DNA of 64,000 nt from an uncultured delta proteobacterium (GCA_963842085.1 CAWJET010000001.1:2240001-2304000); one strand, 5' to 3'. Numbered from the stretch's first letter, positions 12,343 to 22,985 are shown. Made by a program: numbers and translations. The notes: generated by a model from the letters alone, not told the origin.

Positions 12343-13128
12343 CTAGTATAACGCGATCAGGCGATCCTTACGCGGGCGCCCTTGCAGGAGTGCGGGATCC
12401 AGCGTCGTCGCTCCGGTGCGCGCGCTGGCGAGGACGACCTCGAAGGGCGATTGACCGCGCTCGCGAGTCCACTGTGCCAGTGGTCCATTTTCGCTTTTCG
12501 ACGCGAGCAACTGCAATTCGTTCGGACCGATTGTGAATGCGACACCCGAGGCTCCGTGCTCGGCCCGCTCGACGGGCGCGCCGGGGCGTCCGAGCACGCG
12601 CGCATAGTAGCGGCTGGTTGCTCCAGGGTCGTCGACAGCGATCGTAAGTGAGCGGACGCCGGTCGCACCGTTGCGATGCGAACGTTCTCGCGGTACGCGC
12701 TCGTCGCGGGGAGTATCATCCTTGATCAGAAATGGCAGCTGACCGTTGAAGGGAGGCTCGGGAACCGCGAGCACCCAACTGAGGCGATAGCCGTCGGGCC
12801 GCTCGCGCGTGAGCGGATAAGGCTCGCCGATCTTTGCACCCGCGCGGCGCATCGACTCGAGGTCCGCCGCGAGATCGTCGGTGCGCATGCAGAAGTCGAT
12901 TATACCGCCGCCCTTGTCGAGCGCCGTTTGCCAGGGATGCCCGGGGTTCGGTTTCAGGAATGCGATCAGTTCGAAATAGCTGCCGTCGGCGAATGCGATA
13001 AGCGCGTTGTGAGTACCGATTGGATGTCTTCCGCCGCGAACGACTGTGAATCCCGCGCGCGAATAGCTGGCAATCGCGGGGTCGAGTTCGTCGACAACGA
13101 TCACAACGTGGTCGATACCGGTGAACAT
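12343..13128 (-). CDS. VOC / glyoxalase-like domain protein (Glyoxalase_3 type)
   Basis: IDHVVIVV, GGRHPIGTHNALIAFADGSYFELI, LPFLI...HRNGATGV. Confidence 0.85.
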   Translation of the reverse strand: MFTGIDHVVIVVDELDPAIASYSRAGFTVVRGGRHPIGTHNALIAFADGSYFELIAFLKPNPGHPWQTALDKGGGIIDFCMRTDDLAADLESMRRAGAKIGEPYPLTRERPDGYRLSWVLAVPEPPFNGQLPFLIKDDTPRDERVPRERSHRNGATGVRSLTIAVDDPGATSRYYARVLGRPGAPVERAEHGASGVAFTIGPNELQLLASKSENGPLAQWTRERGQSPFEVVLASARTGATTLDPALLQGRPRKDRLIALY

Positions 13129-13161
13129 GCGGGCCTCCAGGCGAGCGCGCTGCGATGCGCG

Positions 13162-13728
13162 CTAGCGGCGGGGAAAATCGCCTTTCAGGTACATCGCGCC
13201 ACTCGGCTTCTCGATTCCGCCGCGCGGCTCGAGAGTGATCTCGGTGGAGAGCACGACTTCTCCTTCAGGCGGCAGGTCGAGCGAAACGATCGTAGCGCCC
13301 TGACTCAACGGTTCAAATGAGCCGGCCTTCTGCGGGCCCTGCTTTTCGCCGATCCACCAGACCGCGTACTCCTTTTCGTCGGGCGTTGGCGGAAGGCCGC
13401 TGACCTCGAGCATAGCGGCGCCCTCTGTGCGGTTAAGCGCGACGTTGCCGGCCGCAGAAGGGGCTGCAGGAAGGGCGGCGAGATGGGCCACTCGCGCGTC
13501 GGGGCCGAGGGTCGCGAGGGTCAAGTCGGTGGTCTGTGCGAGCCTGGCCTGAAGCGTGGCGACTTGGTCGCCGGTGGTGTCGACGTTGCGCTGGACCTCG
13601 ATGATGCGCGCGGTGAGCGCCGCGATATCGTTTGAGGCGTCGGAAGGTGTGCTGCGCACCCGCGAAGAGAAAAACGCGTAGCTGACCGCGATCGAGACGA
13701 CCGCGGCTACGGCGGCTGAAGCAAGCAT
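13162..13728 (-). CDS. Anti-sigma factor RskA-like (TM plus C-terminal domain)
   Basis: TM helix, coiled coil, then GLPPTPDEKEYAVWWI...ITLEPRGG...PSG (RskA C-domain pattern). Start uncertain. Confidence 0.75.
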   Translation of the reverse strand: MLASAAVAAVVSIAVSYAFFSSRVRSTPSDASNDIAALTARIIEVQRNVDTTGDQVATLQARLAQTTDLTLATLGPDARVAHLAALPAAPSAAGNVALNRTEGAAMLEVSGLPPTPDEKEYAVWWIGEKQGPQKAGSFEPLSQGATIVSLDLPPEGEVVLSTEITLEPRGGIEKPSGAMYLKGDFPRR

Positions 13729-13789
13729 CGCGAAACCACGAGCACCCGAGGATTCGCGCGCCGATCGATCGGGCGCCGGATCGATACCG

Positions 13790-15010
13790 CTAGCCGAGGG
13801 CACCGGACGCCACCAATTCGCCGATCCGCGTTTCGTCGTAACCGAGGATGCTTTCGAGGACGTGTTGATTGTGCTGGCCCAGCGACGGAGCAGCGGCGCG
13901 TACACTGGCTGGAGTGCGCGACAGTTTCGCCCGAGGACCCTCGACTGTGAATTTGCCGAGGCTCGGATGATCGAGCGCGACGAAATGGCCGCGATACGCG
14001 AGCTGTGGATCGGCGTACGCGTCGGCGCTGTTCTGCACCTGATGGGCGGGAACGCCATGCGACTGCAGGCGCGATTCGATCGCGGCGCGATCGAGTGTGC
14101 GGCTCCAGGCGGCGATTACCGAATCAATAGCGTCGCGATGCTCGAGTCGGCCGGCGGCGGACGCGTAACGCGAGTCGCGCGCCAGACCCTCATTTTCCAT
14201 TGCGGCGCACAGGCGGCGCCAGTCGTCATCGTTGCGGCATGCGATCGCAACCCATTGGTCGTCGCCCGCGGCCGGATAGACGCCGTGGGGCGCGAGGGCG
14301 GCGTCGGAATTTCCGACGCGTCCGTCGACGCGGCCGTTCACCGTGTAGTCGAGAATCGCAGGGCCTAGAAAATGAATCGCGCACTCAGCCTGCGACTGGT
14401 CGATATATTGGCCTTGACCCGTGCGGCGCCGATGATCGAGCGCCGCCAGAATCGCCATCGCAGTGTAACGCGGCGCCACATAATCCGTGTACGCGCCGAA
14501 AACTCCCGAGGGAGGACGGTCGGGCCATCCGGTCAGATTGTGAAATCCCGAAATCGCGGCCGCCATATTGCCGAAGCCGGCGATTTTCGCCAGCGGCCCC
14601 GACTGTCCCATCAGGCACGAGCTCACCATGATGAGATCGGGGTTAACCTTGCGCAGCGATTCATAGTCGAAACCCCACGCACGCATCGCCTTGGGAGAGA
14701 ACGACTCGGTGACGACGTCGGCCCATCGCACGAGATCGTGCACGACCGCGCGCGCGGCGCGATTGCCTAGATCGAGCGAGATTCCGAGTTTGCCGACGTT
14801 GCAATTGGCGAACAGGCCCGAGCTGTCGGGGCCAAGCTGGTTGCCGAGATAAGGCTGGAGCGTGCGCGCGGTATCGACCCGGGTGGGCGATTCGATTCGC
14901 ACGACGGTCGCGCCATAGTCGGCAAGAATCCGCGTCGAAGCCGGACCGGCCATCACCCACATGAAGTCGCAGATCTTGACGTCTTTGAGCGGCAGGTCGT
15001 TCGGCATCAC
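13790..15010 (-). CDS. Family III CoA-transferase (CaiB/BaiF), catalytic-type subunit
   Basis: AGPASTRILADYGATVVRIE, ADVVTESF, AYTDY with catalytic Asp, GQYID, APSLGQHN. Confidence 0.9.
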   Translation of the reverse strand: MMPNDLPLKDVKICDFMWVMAGPASTRILADYGATVVRIESPTRVDTARTLQPYLGNQLGPDSSGLFANCNVGKLGISLDLGNRAARAVVHDLVRWADVVTESFSPKAMRAWGFDYESLRKVNPDLIMVSSCLMGQSGPLAKIAGFGNMAAAISGFHNLTGWPDRPPSGVFGAYTDYVAPRYTAMAILAALDHRRRTGQGQYIDQSQAECAIHFLGPAILDYTVNGRVDGRVGNSDAALAPHGVYPAAGDDQWVAIACRNDDDWRRLCAAMENEGLARDSRYASAAGRLEHRDAIDSVIAAWSRTLDRAAIESRLQSHGVPAHQVQNSADAYADPQLAYRGHFVALDHPSLGKFTVEGPRAKLSRTPASVRAAAPSLGQHNQHVLESILGYDETRIGELVASGALG

Positions 15011-16254
15011 ACGATCCCCGCTCGACTTAGTTCGGCTATCTCGCGTTCACTCAAGCCGAGTTCGTCCCGGTAGATGTCGGAATTGTGCTCGCCGACGGTC
15101 GGCGGCCTGCGTCGATATTCGATCGGCGTCGCGCTGAATTTCGCAAACGGTCCCGGATAGCGGAATGACTCGCCGATTTCGGGATGCGCGACGTTCTGGA
15201 AGTAGCCGCGCGAAGCGAATTGCGGGCTCTCAACCACTTCGGCTACGGTAGCGACCGGCGTGATCAGGAATCCGCGCTCGACTGCCAGCTCGAGCAACTC
15301 GGCCTTGGTCTGGCTGCGCGTGAATTTCCTGACGACCTCCTTGACGCGCTCGAACTCCGAGAGCGGTTCGGCGCCGCTGAACAGCTGCTCGGCGTACGCA
15401 ATCCAATCCTTGTCGCGCGTGGCTTCGTCACAAAATCCCCGCTCGCAGAGGAAGTGCATGAGCCTGGCAGTGAAGACGCCGAGCGCCGAGCCGAACAGAA
15501 AAGTCATCGCGACGTAGCCGTCACTGGCGGGCCAGACCAGCGGAATTTCGAGCGGGCCGAATTTCACACCGCCTGACATCCGCCGCGCTTCGGGCGAACC
15601 GAGCGGAGCCGCGAGGATGTACGATTGCGTCGCCATCGCGACCGATTGCTGCGCCGCGACGTCGACCTGTTGCCCGAGGCCGGAGCGTGTGCGCTCATGA
15701 TGGGCCGCGAGTGCTGCCACTGCCGCGTCGGCGGATGCGTGCAGATAAGCCTGCGGAACACACAGGCGCACGGGCGGGCGATCCGCGTCGCCGGCCAGGA
15801 TTAAGGGTCCGCCGGCGGCCATCAGAATCAAATCACTGTCGGCATATGTAGCCTTGGGCCCGTCCTGTCCGAACGGCGTGATCGAAACGTAAATCAGAGC
15901 GGGATTGATCCTGGCGAGGTCGGTATAGCCGAGACTGCGTTGCGACAGATAGCCGGGATTGTGCGACTCGATCAGAAAGTCGGCGCGCACCACGAGGCGG
16001 CGCAGAAGATCGCGGCCGGCGTCGAGTTCGATGTCGAGCGTGATGGCGCGCTTGTTGCGATTGTACGCCCACCAGTACAGCGAGCGGTCGAGATGCGGCG
16101 TGTCCTTGTAGAACGGCCCGATGCCGCGCGCAGAGCATCCGCCCGGCGGCTCGACCTTGATTACGTCGGCGCCCATGTCGGCGAGCATCTGGCCGCACAG
16201 AAGACCGCGCTCAGTCGTGAGATCGAGCACGCGATATGGACTGAGCATCGACAT
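15007..16254 (-). CDS. Family III CoA-transferase subunit (apparently lacks catalytic Asp)
   Basis: LADMGADVIKVEPPGG, NRNKR, SITPFGQDGP, PQAYLHAS at the catalytic-Asp position, PPTVGEHN. ATGA overlap with the next gene. Confidence 0.9.
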   Translation of the reverse strand: MSMLSPYRVLDLTTERGLLCGQMLADMGADVIKVEPPGGCSARGIGPFYKDTPHLDRSLYWWAYNRNKRAITLDIELDAGRDLLRRLVVRADFLIESHNPGYLSQRSLGYTDLARINPALIYVSITPFGQDGPKATYADSDLILMAAGGPLILAGDADRPPVRLCVPQAYLHASADAAVAALAAHHERTRSGLGQQVDVAAQQSVAMATQSYILAAPLGSPEARRMSGGVKFGPLEIPLVWPASDGYVAMTFLFGSALGVFTARLMHFLCERGFCDEATRDKDWIAYAEQLFSGAEPLSEFERVKEVVRKFTRSQTKAELLELAVERGFLITPVATVAEVVESPQFASRGYFQNVAHPEIGESFRYPGPFAKFSATPIEYRRRPPTVGEHNSDIYRDELGLSEREIAELSRAGIV

Positions 16255-16301
16255 GTAACTTCAGCGCCGCCCGATTCTTACCACTGTCGGACGGGCTGGC
16301 G

Positions 16302-18708
16302 TCAACGGGCTATGCGGTGGCGGCCGGGACCGAATTCGCCGCCGGTGAGAGGCGCGTCGTCGAACCGCACGACGGTAGTGACGCCGTCCGGTATCGTGAC
16401 TTCGCCGCCGGCTTCGCGATCCAGGTTCACCTCGATAAGCCCGTGTGGAGTCGGCACGCGCCCTTCGAGATGCCTGAGCGGTCCGAATCGCGGCGCGATT
16501 TCCGCTCGCGCGTAGCCAGGCGCAGCCGGCCTAACGCCGAGAACCCAGGTAGTCAAATCGTAGGTTGGCGTCGCCGACCATGCGTGACATCGGCTCCCAG
16601 TGCCGGCGCGCGCGTCCCAGTATTCCTCGAACGCGGTGTTGCCACGTTCGATCTGCGCCCACCATTTCATGCATCGCGCGGGAATCAGTTCGCGGCGCCC
16701 CGCGCGGACGATCGCGTCGTGGAGGAGGTGCGAAAAAAATGGTTGCGCCGCGACGACGTCATGCTCGACATCGAACTTCATGTGCTCGGCGGGATCCGTC
16801 TGTTGCCTCAGGTACGCGGCCAGGTTGTCGGAAATCGTGGGTGTGATGACGACGCGCGATTCATCGAGGATGTATTTGAGCATCTGCGGCCAGCGGTGTC
16901 GCGGAGCGCATCCAGCTACGATCGCGATCGCATTGGTTTGCTGGCTGACTCGCCGGCGAGGACCGTTGCGATCGGCGGCGTCCACGTAAACGCCCGGGGC
17001 CTCCTCCCACAGCAACTCGAATGCGCGCCGGGTCCGCTGAGCACGTGCACGAGCATCGGCGGCAGCGTGCGAATCCGCGATGACAGTCTCGGCAAGCGAC
17101 GCGAAGTCATCGAGGGCCGCAGCGTAAAGCGCATCGAGCGCGCCGGTTACTTCCGATCGCTCGGTCATCGCCCAGTCTATGAAAATCCATCCCGGCATGC
17201 CGCGAATCAGTCCGTCGGGTGCGCGGTAGCGCTCGAAGGCCGACAGCACGCCGGCCGCGGTCGGCATCAGCTCGCGAACCGTCGCGGTGTCGCCGGAATA
17301 TTCGAAGTAGCGCGCGAGCGCGCGAATCCAATGCAACGAGTAGTCGGGAATCGTGGTCGAAGAAATCGAGAAGTCGCACGCCGCGGCCATCGCCAGCAGA
17401 CCATCGCCGCGGCGCGAATGCGCGCAGATTCGCAGATGACGCCGCACGAGGCGCCAATCGGTGTTGGTCACGTACGTCAACAGGGCGTGGATGTAGGAAT
17501 CGCCGAGCCACGCGCGCTGCTCGCGGCCGGGGCAGTCGATAAAGGCGTCGGTCGAGCAGAGTTCCAACGTGCGCGCTCCGACGCGCCAGATCTTGTTGAG
17601 CGCCGGATCGTCGCATTCGAAGTACGCATCGTCACCGCGCGGATAGCGCCGCTCGATCGCGCCTGCCGATTCGATCTGCGCACCGCCGCGCGCGACGATC
17701 GACAGATAACGGAAGCCTACCGACTCGTACGACTCGAACCGTTCCGCCGCGCCGCCGCGCAGGATATAGCGCATCGCAAATTGGCGTGGATTCGTTTCCG
17801 CGCTGCCGTCGGCGCGCGCGTCCTCGCCGCAGTACACGTCGACGGTCGATCCGGCCGGACCGCGCACCACGGCCCACGGCGTGGCGAGCGTGATCATTCC
17901 CGCGTTGAAAGGTGTCGGGGCCATCCCCAGCCTGCTCCGCCGTTGGATACGCGCTGCGTGGATCATCGCCATTGAGGGGCGCGACACCTCGCCGGGAGAC
18001 TTCGTTCAGCGTGATTGGAATCGAAGTCAGCGGCGCTATCTCGTCGGGCTCAGGCGCAGTGAAAGGCTCCAGCGGGATTCGCGTGCGATTGGGCGAAAAA
18101 GTGCCGGCCGACAATTCGACTGCGGGCTGCCAATCGGAATCATCGAACGCTTCATCGGTCCATCCCACGGGAATTGCGGCGCCGTCGAGTATTTCGATCG
18201 GCGGCACCGGCAGCGCGGCGGTCCGCACCACATCCTGGCGATACGGCGCGGCGCGTCCTTTCCACGTGGCGTCCGAAATCACGCGGATGGCCGGCGCTTC
18301 AAACGCGAACGAGCCAAAGCCGAGCAGGAAGCTCGGCGTCGCCGGCCGCCACCACGGTCCCGGCAATCCATAGAATCGCACCAGTGACGCAATTGCGTTT
18401 CGGCCCGCGCGAAGGTACGGCGCGAGATCGATCTCCGTCCACGCCAGACGCTCGGGTATCGAACGCGCCGGTCCGCGCGCGACCTCGACGCCGTTGACGA
18501 ACATCACGAACCGAGAATCGGCCGTCACTCGCGCGGGAACCGATGCGGGAATCGCGTCGAGTTGAACCGTCCGCCGCAAGTAACAGAATCGATTCCAGGT
18601 TTCCTTCGGCGGAATTGCGGCGGCGCCGATCGGCGAAGCCGGCAAGGGCGCAGGCCCGGCCCAAATCCATCGCGCATCCCAGGTTATCGGCCATTTCGTT
18701 CCAGCCAT
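16302..18708 (-). pseudogene. GH78 alpha-L-rhamnosidase-like glycoside hydrolase, frameshifted near 17910
   Basis: N-half (ARWIW, YLRR, TADSRFVMFVNG) and C-half (IDCPGREQRAWLGD, FIDW, FEEYW, SRCHAWSATP) lie in different frames. Removing one T from ACCTTTCAAC joins them as DTFNAGMITLATP. Confidence 0.82.
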
Positions 18709-18721
18709 CTGACGCCACCGC

Positions 18722-19876
18722 CTAGTACGGGCGAGCAGTCTTGCCGATGATCTCGCGCGCGACGATCGACTTCATGATCTGCGCGGTGCCGTCGCCAATC
18801 TCGAGTCCGATCACGTCGCGCATTCGCTGCTGATGCGGCAGGTCGAGGCTGAACCCCAGATGCCCGTGAAGGAGCAGGCATTGATGCAGCACGTCGGCCG
18901 CCAGTTCCGGCGCGAGCCACTTTGCTCCGGCCGCGAGCCATCCGTGCGGCTCTCCGCGATCCTTCAGCCACAGCGCCTCGTAACACAGCAGACGCGCGGC
19001 GCGGAGCCGAACCGCCGCCTCTGCGAGCGGAAACGATACCCCTTCGAACCGCGCGAGCGGCCCGCCGAATGCCTGGCGTTCGGCAACATAAGCACAAGTC
19101 TCCTCGACGCTTTGCTGGGCCGCGCCGATGCACATCAGGCCGATCAACGAGCGACTAAAGTCGAATCCCTGCATCACTTCGACGAAGCCCGCGCCTTCCG
19201 CGCCGATGCGAGCGGTGGCGGGTACGCGGACGCCGTCGAAAAAAAGCTGGCCGCGACCGATTGCGCGCGAGCCCATGTCGCGAAAGCGCGTGCGCGATAC
19301 ACCCGGTGAGTTGAGGTCGACGTAAAATGCGCTGACGCCGCGAGCGGACTGTTCCGCTGTGCCGGTTCGGGCGAGGACGAGAGCCGCGCCGGCCGACGAT
19401 GAAAACGAGATGGAGGTTTTTTCGCCGCTCAGGACGTAGTTGTCGCCGTCGCGACGCGCTTGCATCATGATATGTGCGGCATCGGAGCCGCCGCCGGGCT
19501 CGGTCACCGCCAGCGCCGCGATGATTTCTCCCCGGCAAATCGGCGGAAGAAACGCGGCCTGCTGATGGGCATCCGCACTGCGCGAGATTATCGCGCCGAC
19601 GAGCGCCGCGAGCAGCAGCAGGTACGCAGCGTTGAAATCGCCGCGCGCGATTTCCTCATGCGCGATGCCAAGCGACACGTAGTCGAGCTTCGAACCGCCA
19701 AGTTGCGCATCGGCCATCGGCGCTAGCAGGCCCAGCTCGCCGAGTTTCCTCGCCAACGCTGGCGGCAGATCTTTGTCTGCGTCGCGCGACGCGTAATTCG
19801 GAAGCAGCTCGCGCCGCGCGAAGTCGCGCAGAGTTTCCCGCAGCAACTTCTGCTCGGCTGTCAGGGCAAACTCCAT
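18722..19876 (-). CDS. Acyl-CoA dehydrogenase, cyclohexanecarboxyl-CoA dehydrogenase (AliB)-like
   Basis: TEPGGGSDA, GEKTSISF, DMGSRAIGRG, VMQGFDFSR, RDVIGLEIGDGTAQIMK. Confidence 0.85.
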   Translation of the reverse strand: MEFALTAEQKLLRETLRDFARRELLPNYASRDADKDLPPALARKLGELGLLAPMADAQLGGSKLDYVSLGIAHEEIARGDFNAAYLLLLAALVGAIISRSADAHQQAAFLPPICRGEIIAALAVTEPGGGSDAAHIMMQARRDGDNYVLSGEKTSISFSSSAGAALVLARTGTAEQSARGVSAFYVDLNSPGVSRTRFRDMGSRAIGRGQLFFDGVRVPATARIGAEGAGFVEVMQGFDFSRSLIGLMCIGAAQQSVEETCAYVAERQAFGGPLARFEGVSFPLAEAAVRLRAARLLCYEALWLKDRGEPHGWLAAGAKWLAPELAADVLHQCLLLHGHLGFSLDLPHQQRMRDVIGLEIGDGTAQIMKSIVAREIIGKTARPY

Positions 19877-19885
19877 CGTCGCAAC

Positions 19886-20296
19886 TCAGTTGGATGGCGC
19901 GGTCTGCGCCGGCACTGTGACGGATTGCGGCGGTGCGCCCGACGGGCCCACCCACTCGGGCAGGCTCTCCAGTCCGCCGAGATGAACATTGGGGGTCGGC
20001 TTTTCGACCGCCTCCCCGCTATCTTCATTGCCGCCCATTTCGTCCTGGTAGTGTTGCGTCACCTGCTTCTTCACATCGTCGGGCGACATGTTCGGCTGCA
20101 TCCCCTGGTTGTGCGCAAAGTCCTGCCGGCTCTTGGCGTCCATGTGGAGCCAGATCTGGCTGGCCTGTGCGCTATTGCCGTGATTCATCGCTTCGACAAA
20201 CTTCTGCTGCTGCGTTTCCTGGTGCCAGCATCCCGCGAGCGCGATTGCACACGCGGTCATCGATGTTACGATCGCGCGCTTGATCTTTCCCCGCAT
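19886..20296 (-). CDS. Hypothetical lipoprotein
   Basis: Basic N-terminus, hydrophobic stretch and LAGC lipobox; tightly spaced between neighbours. Confidence 0.65.
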   Translation of the reverse strand: MRGKIKRAIVTSMTACAIALAGCWHQETQQQKFVEAMNHGNSAQASQIWLHMDAKSRQDFAHNQGMQPNMSPDDVKKQVTQHYQDEMGGNEDSGEAVEKPTPNVHLGGLESLPEWVGPSGAPPQSVTVPAQTAPSN

Positions 20297-20313
20297 GATA
20301 TTTGCGACGCCGG

Positions 20314-21423
20314 CTAAAATGTCACCACGCTTCGAATCGACTTGCCTTCGTGCATCAGGTGGAAGGCGTCGTTTATTTTATCGAGCGGCATCGCGTGCGT
20401 GATCAGGTCGTCGATATTGATCCTGCCTTCCATATACCAATCGACGATTTTCGGTACGTCGCGGCGTCCGCGCGCGCCGCCAAAGGCCGTGCCCTTCCAC
20501 GTCCGTCCCGTAACGAGCTGAAAAGGCCGCGTCGATATCTCCTGCCCCGCGCCGGCGACGCCGATGATCACGCTGGTGCCCCATCCGCGCTGACAGCATT
20601 CCAGCGCCTGGCGCATCAGCTTCACGTTGCCGACGCATTCGAACGAAAAATCCGCGCCGCCGCGCGTCAGATTCACGATATGCGGGACGAGCTCGCCCTC
20701 GACCTCCGCGGGATTTACGAAATGCGTCATCCCGAATTTCTCGGCGATCGCCTTGCGCGCGGGATTGAGATCGATGCCGACGATCATCGATGCGCCCGCC
20801 AGCCGCGCGCCCTGCACGACATTGAGGCCGATTCCCCCGAGCCCGAAAACCACCACCCTGTCTCCGGCCTGCACTTTGGCCGTGTTCAGTACGGCGCCAA
20901 TCCCGGTCGTGACGCCGCATCCGATGTAGCAAATCTTTTCGAACGGCGCGTCGCCGCGGACCGTGGCCAGCGCGATCTCGGGCACCACGGTAAAATTCGC
21001 GAACGTCGAAGTGCCCATGTAGTGATGAATCGGCTTCCCGCCGCGCGAGAATCTGCTGGTGCCGTCGGGCATCACGCCGCGGCCCTGCGTCTCGCGGATC
21101 GCCGTGCACAGATTGGTCTTGCCCGAGAGGCACGCCGCGCAGTTGCGGCATTCGGGAATGTAGAGCGGGATGACGTGGTCGCCGCGTTTCAGCGTCGCTA
21201 CGCCGGCCCCCGTTTCAACCACGACGCCTGCGCCCTCATGTCCGAGGATCGCAGGGAAGAGACCCTCGGGATCGGCGCCCGACAACGTGTAGGCGTCGGT
21301 GTGGCAGACGCCGGTGGCCTTGATTTCGACCAACACTTCGCCGGCCCTTGGCCCTTCGAGGTCAACGCTCGCGACTTCGAGCGGTTCGCCGGCCTTGTTC
21401 GCGATTGCTGCTTTTACTTTCAC
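20314..21423 (-). CDS. frmA: S-(hydroxymethyl)glutathione dehydrogenase / class III alcohol dehydrogenase
   Basis: GVCHTDAYTLSGADPEG, GHEG, structural Zn cysteines, TRPFQLVTGR. GTG start at 21423. Confidence 0.93.
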   Translation of the reverse strand: MKVKAAIANKAGEPLEVASVDLEGPRAGEVLVEIKATGVCHTDAYTLSGADPEGLFPAILGHEGAGVVVETGAGVATLKRGDHVIPLYIPECRNCAACLSGKTNLCTAIRETQGRGVMPDGTSRFSRGGKPIHHYMGTSTFANFTVVPEIALATVRGDAPFEKICYIGCGVTTGIGAVLNTAKVQAGDRVVVFGLGGIGLNVVQGARLAGASMIVGIDLNPARKAIAEKFGMTHFVNPAEVEGELVPHIVNLTRGGADFSFECVGNVKLMRQALECCQRGWGTSVIIGVAGAGQEISTRPFQLVTGRTWKGTAFGGARGRRDVPKIVDWYMEGRINIDDLITHAMPLDKINDAFHLMHEGKSIRSVVTF

Positions 21424-21605
21424 GATTCCAGCGCGTCGTTCGCAATATAATACGCTGGTGCATCGCGCGGCGAACACACCTAGTGCCGCACGCTTGATGG
21501 CAATCGCAAATGGTGCCAAACATCCTTAGACCGTCGATGACATCCTGCTAGAGAGATTCGCGAATCCTGACCCCTCGAAATAATCGTATCGATAGAGGAC
21601 AAAAG

Positions 21606-21983
21606 ATGGCCGACAAAGCATTGACGCCGGACCAGCTGATCGCATCGCTGCTCGAAGGCAAATCGCGCCGCGAGGTCATGGTGATCCTGGCGCGGCTCGA
21701 GCACGGCGGCGCCGGCATCTATCAGTCGCTCGCGGCTAACGAACGCAATGCGAAGGCGCGCGCGGCATTGCTTGCCGGCGCCGAGCGCGAGGAGCAGAAT
21801 TCCGCGCTGCTCAAGACGATGACCGCCGTCAAGGAAGAGTGCGAAAAGTGCGGCAAGGCGCTGGCGCCCCCTGCCCCTGCTCTGTGTTGTTCATTTCAAT
21901 GCACCTTCTGCCCCGACTGCGCGGACGAATACAAGCACATGTGTCCGAACTGTTCGGGAGAGCTGTCGGCGCGTACCATTTGA
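21606..21983 (+). CDS. Ferritin-like helical hairpin fused to a DUF1272-like Cys-rich domain
   Basis: C-terminus CEKC...CSFQCTFCPDC...CPNCSGEL; N-terminus LARLEHGGAGIYQSLA...AEREEQN. GAGGA RBS. Confidence 0.7.
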   Translation: MADKALTPDQLIASLLEGKSRREVMVILARLEHGGAGIYQSLAANERNAKARAALLAGAEREEQNSALLKTMTAVKEECEKCGKALAPPAPALCCSFQCTFCPDCADEYKHMCPNCSGELSARTI

Positions 21984-21999
21984 GGTCGCGGGATTTGCA

Positions 22000-22863
22000 A
22001 TGCAAGTAATCGGCACGGTCAAGGAAATCTGGCGATACCCGGTCAAGTCGATGGCCGGCGAACGCCTGCAGCGTGCCAACCTCGGCGCGCTTGGAATCTA
22101 TGGCGACCGCGGGTGGGCGATTCGCGATGAAAAGGCCGGCGAGATCCGTAATGCGCGCAAGCTGCCCAGGCTGCTGCATTGCACCGCCGTGTATCTGCGC
22201 GAGCCATCCGGAAACGAAGTACCCCCAGCGCAAATCACGACGCCCAACGGGACGACCTTTCGCTCCGACTCCGCCGAGGCGAACGCACGGCTCTCCGAGC
22301 TGCTCGGCCGACCCGTCTCGATCTGGCCGATCCAGCCGCCAACCGAGCGCGACTTCCTTCGCCGCGCCGCACCCGACAATCCCGATATGATGGCCGAGAT
22401 GCGCGAGGTCTTCGGCCGGCTCGAAAACGAGCCGCTGCCGGACTTTTCCACGCTGCCGCCGCAGATTCTCGAGTTCACGTCGCCGTTCGGCACCTTCTTC
22501 GACGCGTTTCCCTTTCACCTGCTCACCACCGCGTCGTTGAACGCGCTCGCCAGCCGCAATCCTGCCGCCGATTTCGACTCGCGCCGGTTTCGTCCCAACG
22601 TCGTGGTCGAGACCAGCAACGGAATCGAAGGATTGGTCGAAGCCGAATGGTCGGGACGAACGATCCGAATCGGCGCCACGCGCATCAAGCTCGAGATGCC
22701 GTGTGTGCGATGCGTAATACCGACGCTCGATCAGCCGGGGGTGAAGAAGGATCCTTCGGTCCTGCGCACCATCGTGCGCGATGGGGCGCAGAATCTCGGC
22801 GCCTACGCGACGATTGCCACCGGTGGAACGATCGCGCTCGGCGACCAGGTCGAGCTCGAATAA
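22000..22863 (+). CDS. MOSC domain protein
   Basis: IWRYPVKSMAGE, GDRGWA, FDAFPFHLL, RRFRPNVV, PCVRC. Confidence 0.92.
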   Translation: MQVIGTVKEIWRYPVKSMAGERLQRANLGALGIYGDRGWAIRDEKAGEIRNARKLPRLLHCTAVYLREPSGNEVPPAQITTPNGTTFRSDSAEANARLSELLGRPVSIWPIQPPTERDFLRRAAPDNPDMMAEMREVFGRLENEPLPDFSTLPPQILEFTSPFGTFFDAFPFHLLTTASLNALASRNPAADFDSRRFRPNVVVETSNGIEGLVEAEWSGRTIRIGATRIKLEMPCVRCVIPTLDQPGVKKDPSVLRTIVRDGAQNLGAYATIATGGTIALGDQVELE

Positions 22864-22985
22864 ACAGCCCTCAACGACTTCATACCGGAGGCTCGCCACC
22901 AACCGTCATTTGGTCGCCACCCGCGTTAGGCACGAGGTCACGCCCGTCGATCGCAGGCAGGCATCAACTTGAGCGAGGATCGTTC

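Noticed and set aside
12329-12345. Cobalamin riboswitch upstream of cbiA or the mutase
   Set aside because: The gaps are too short and no B12-box is visible.
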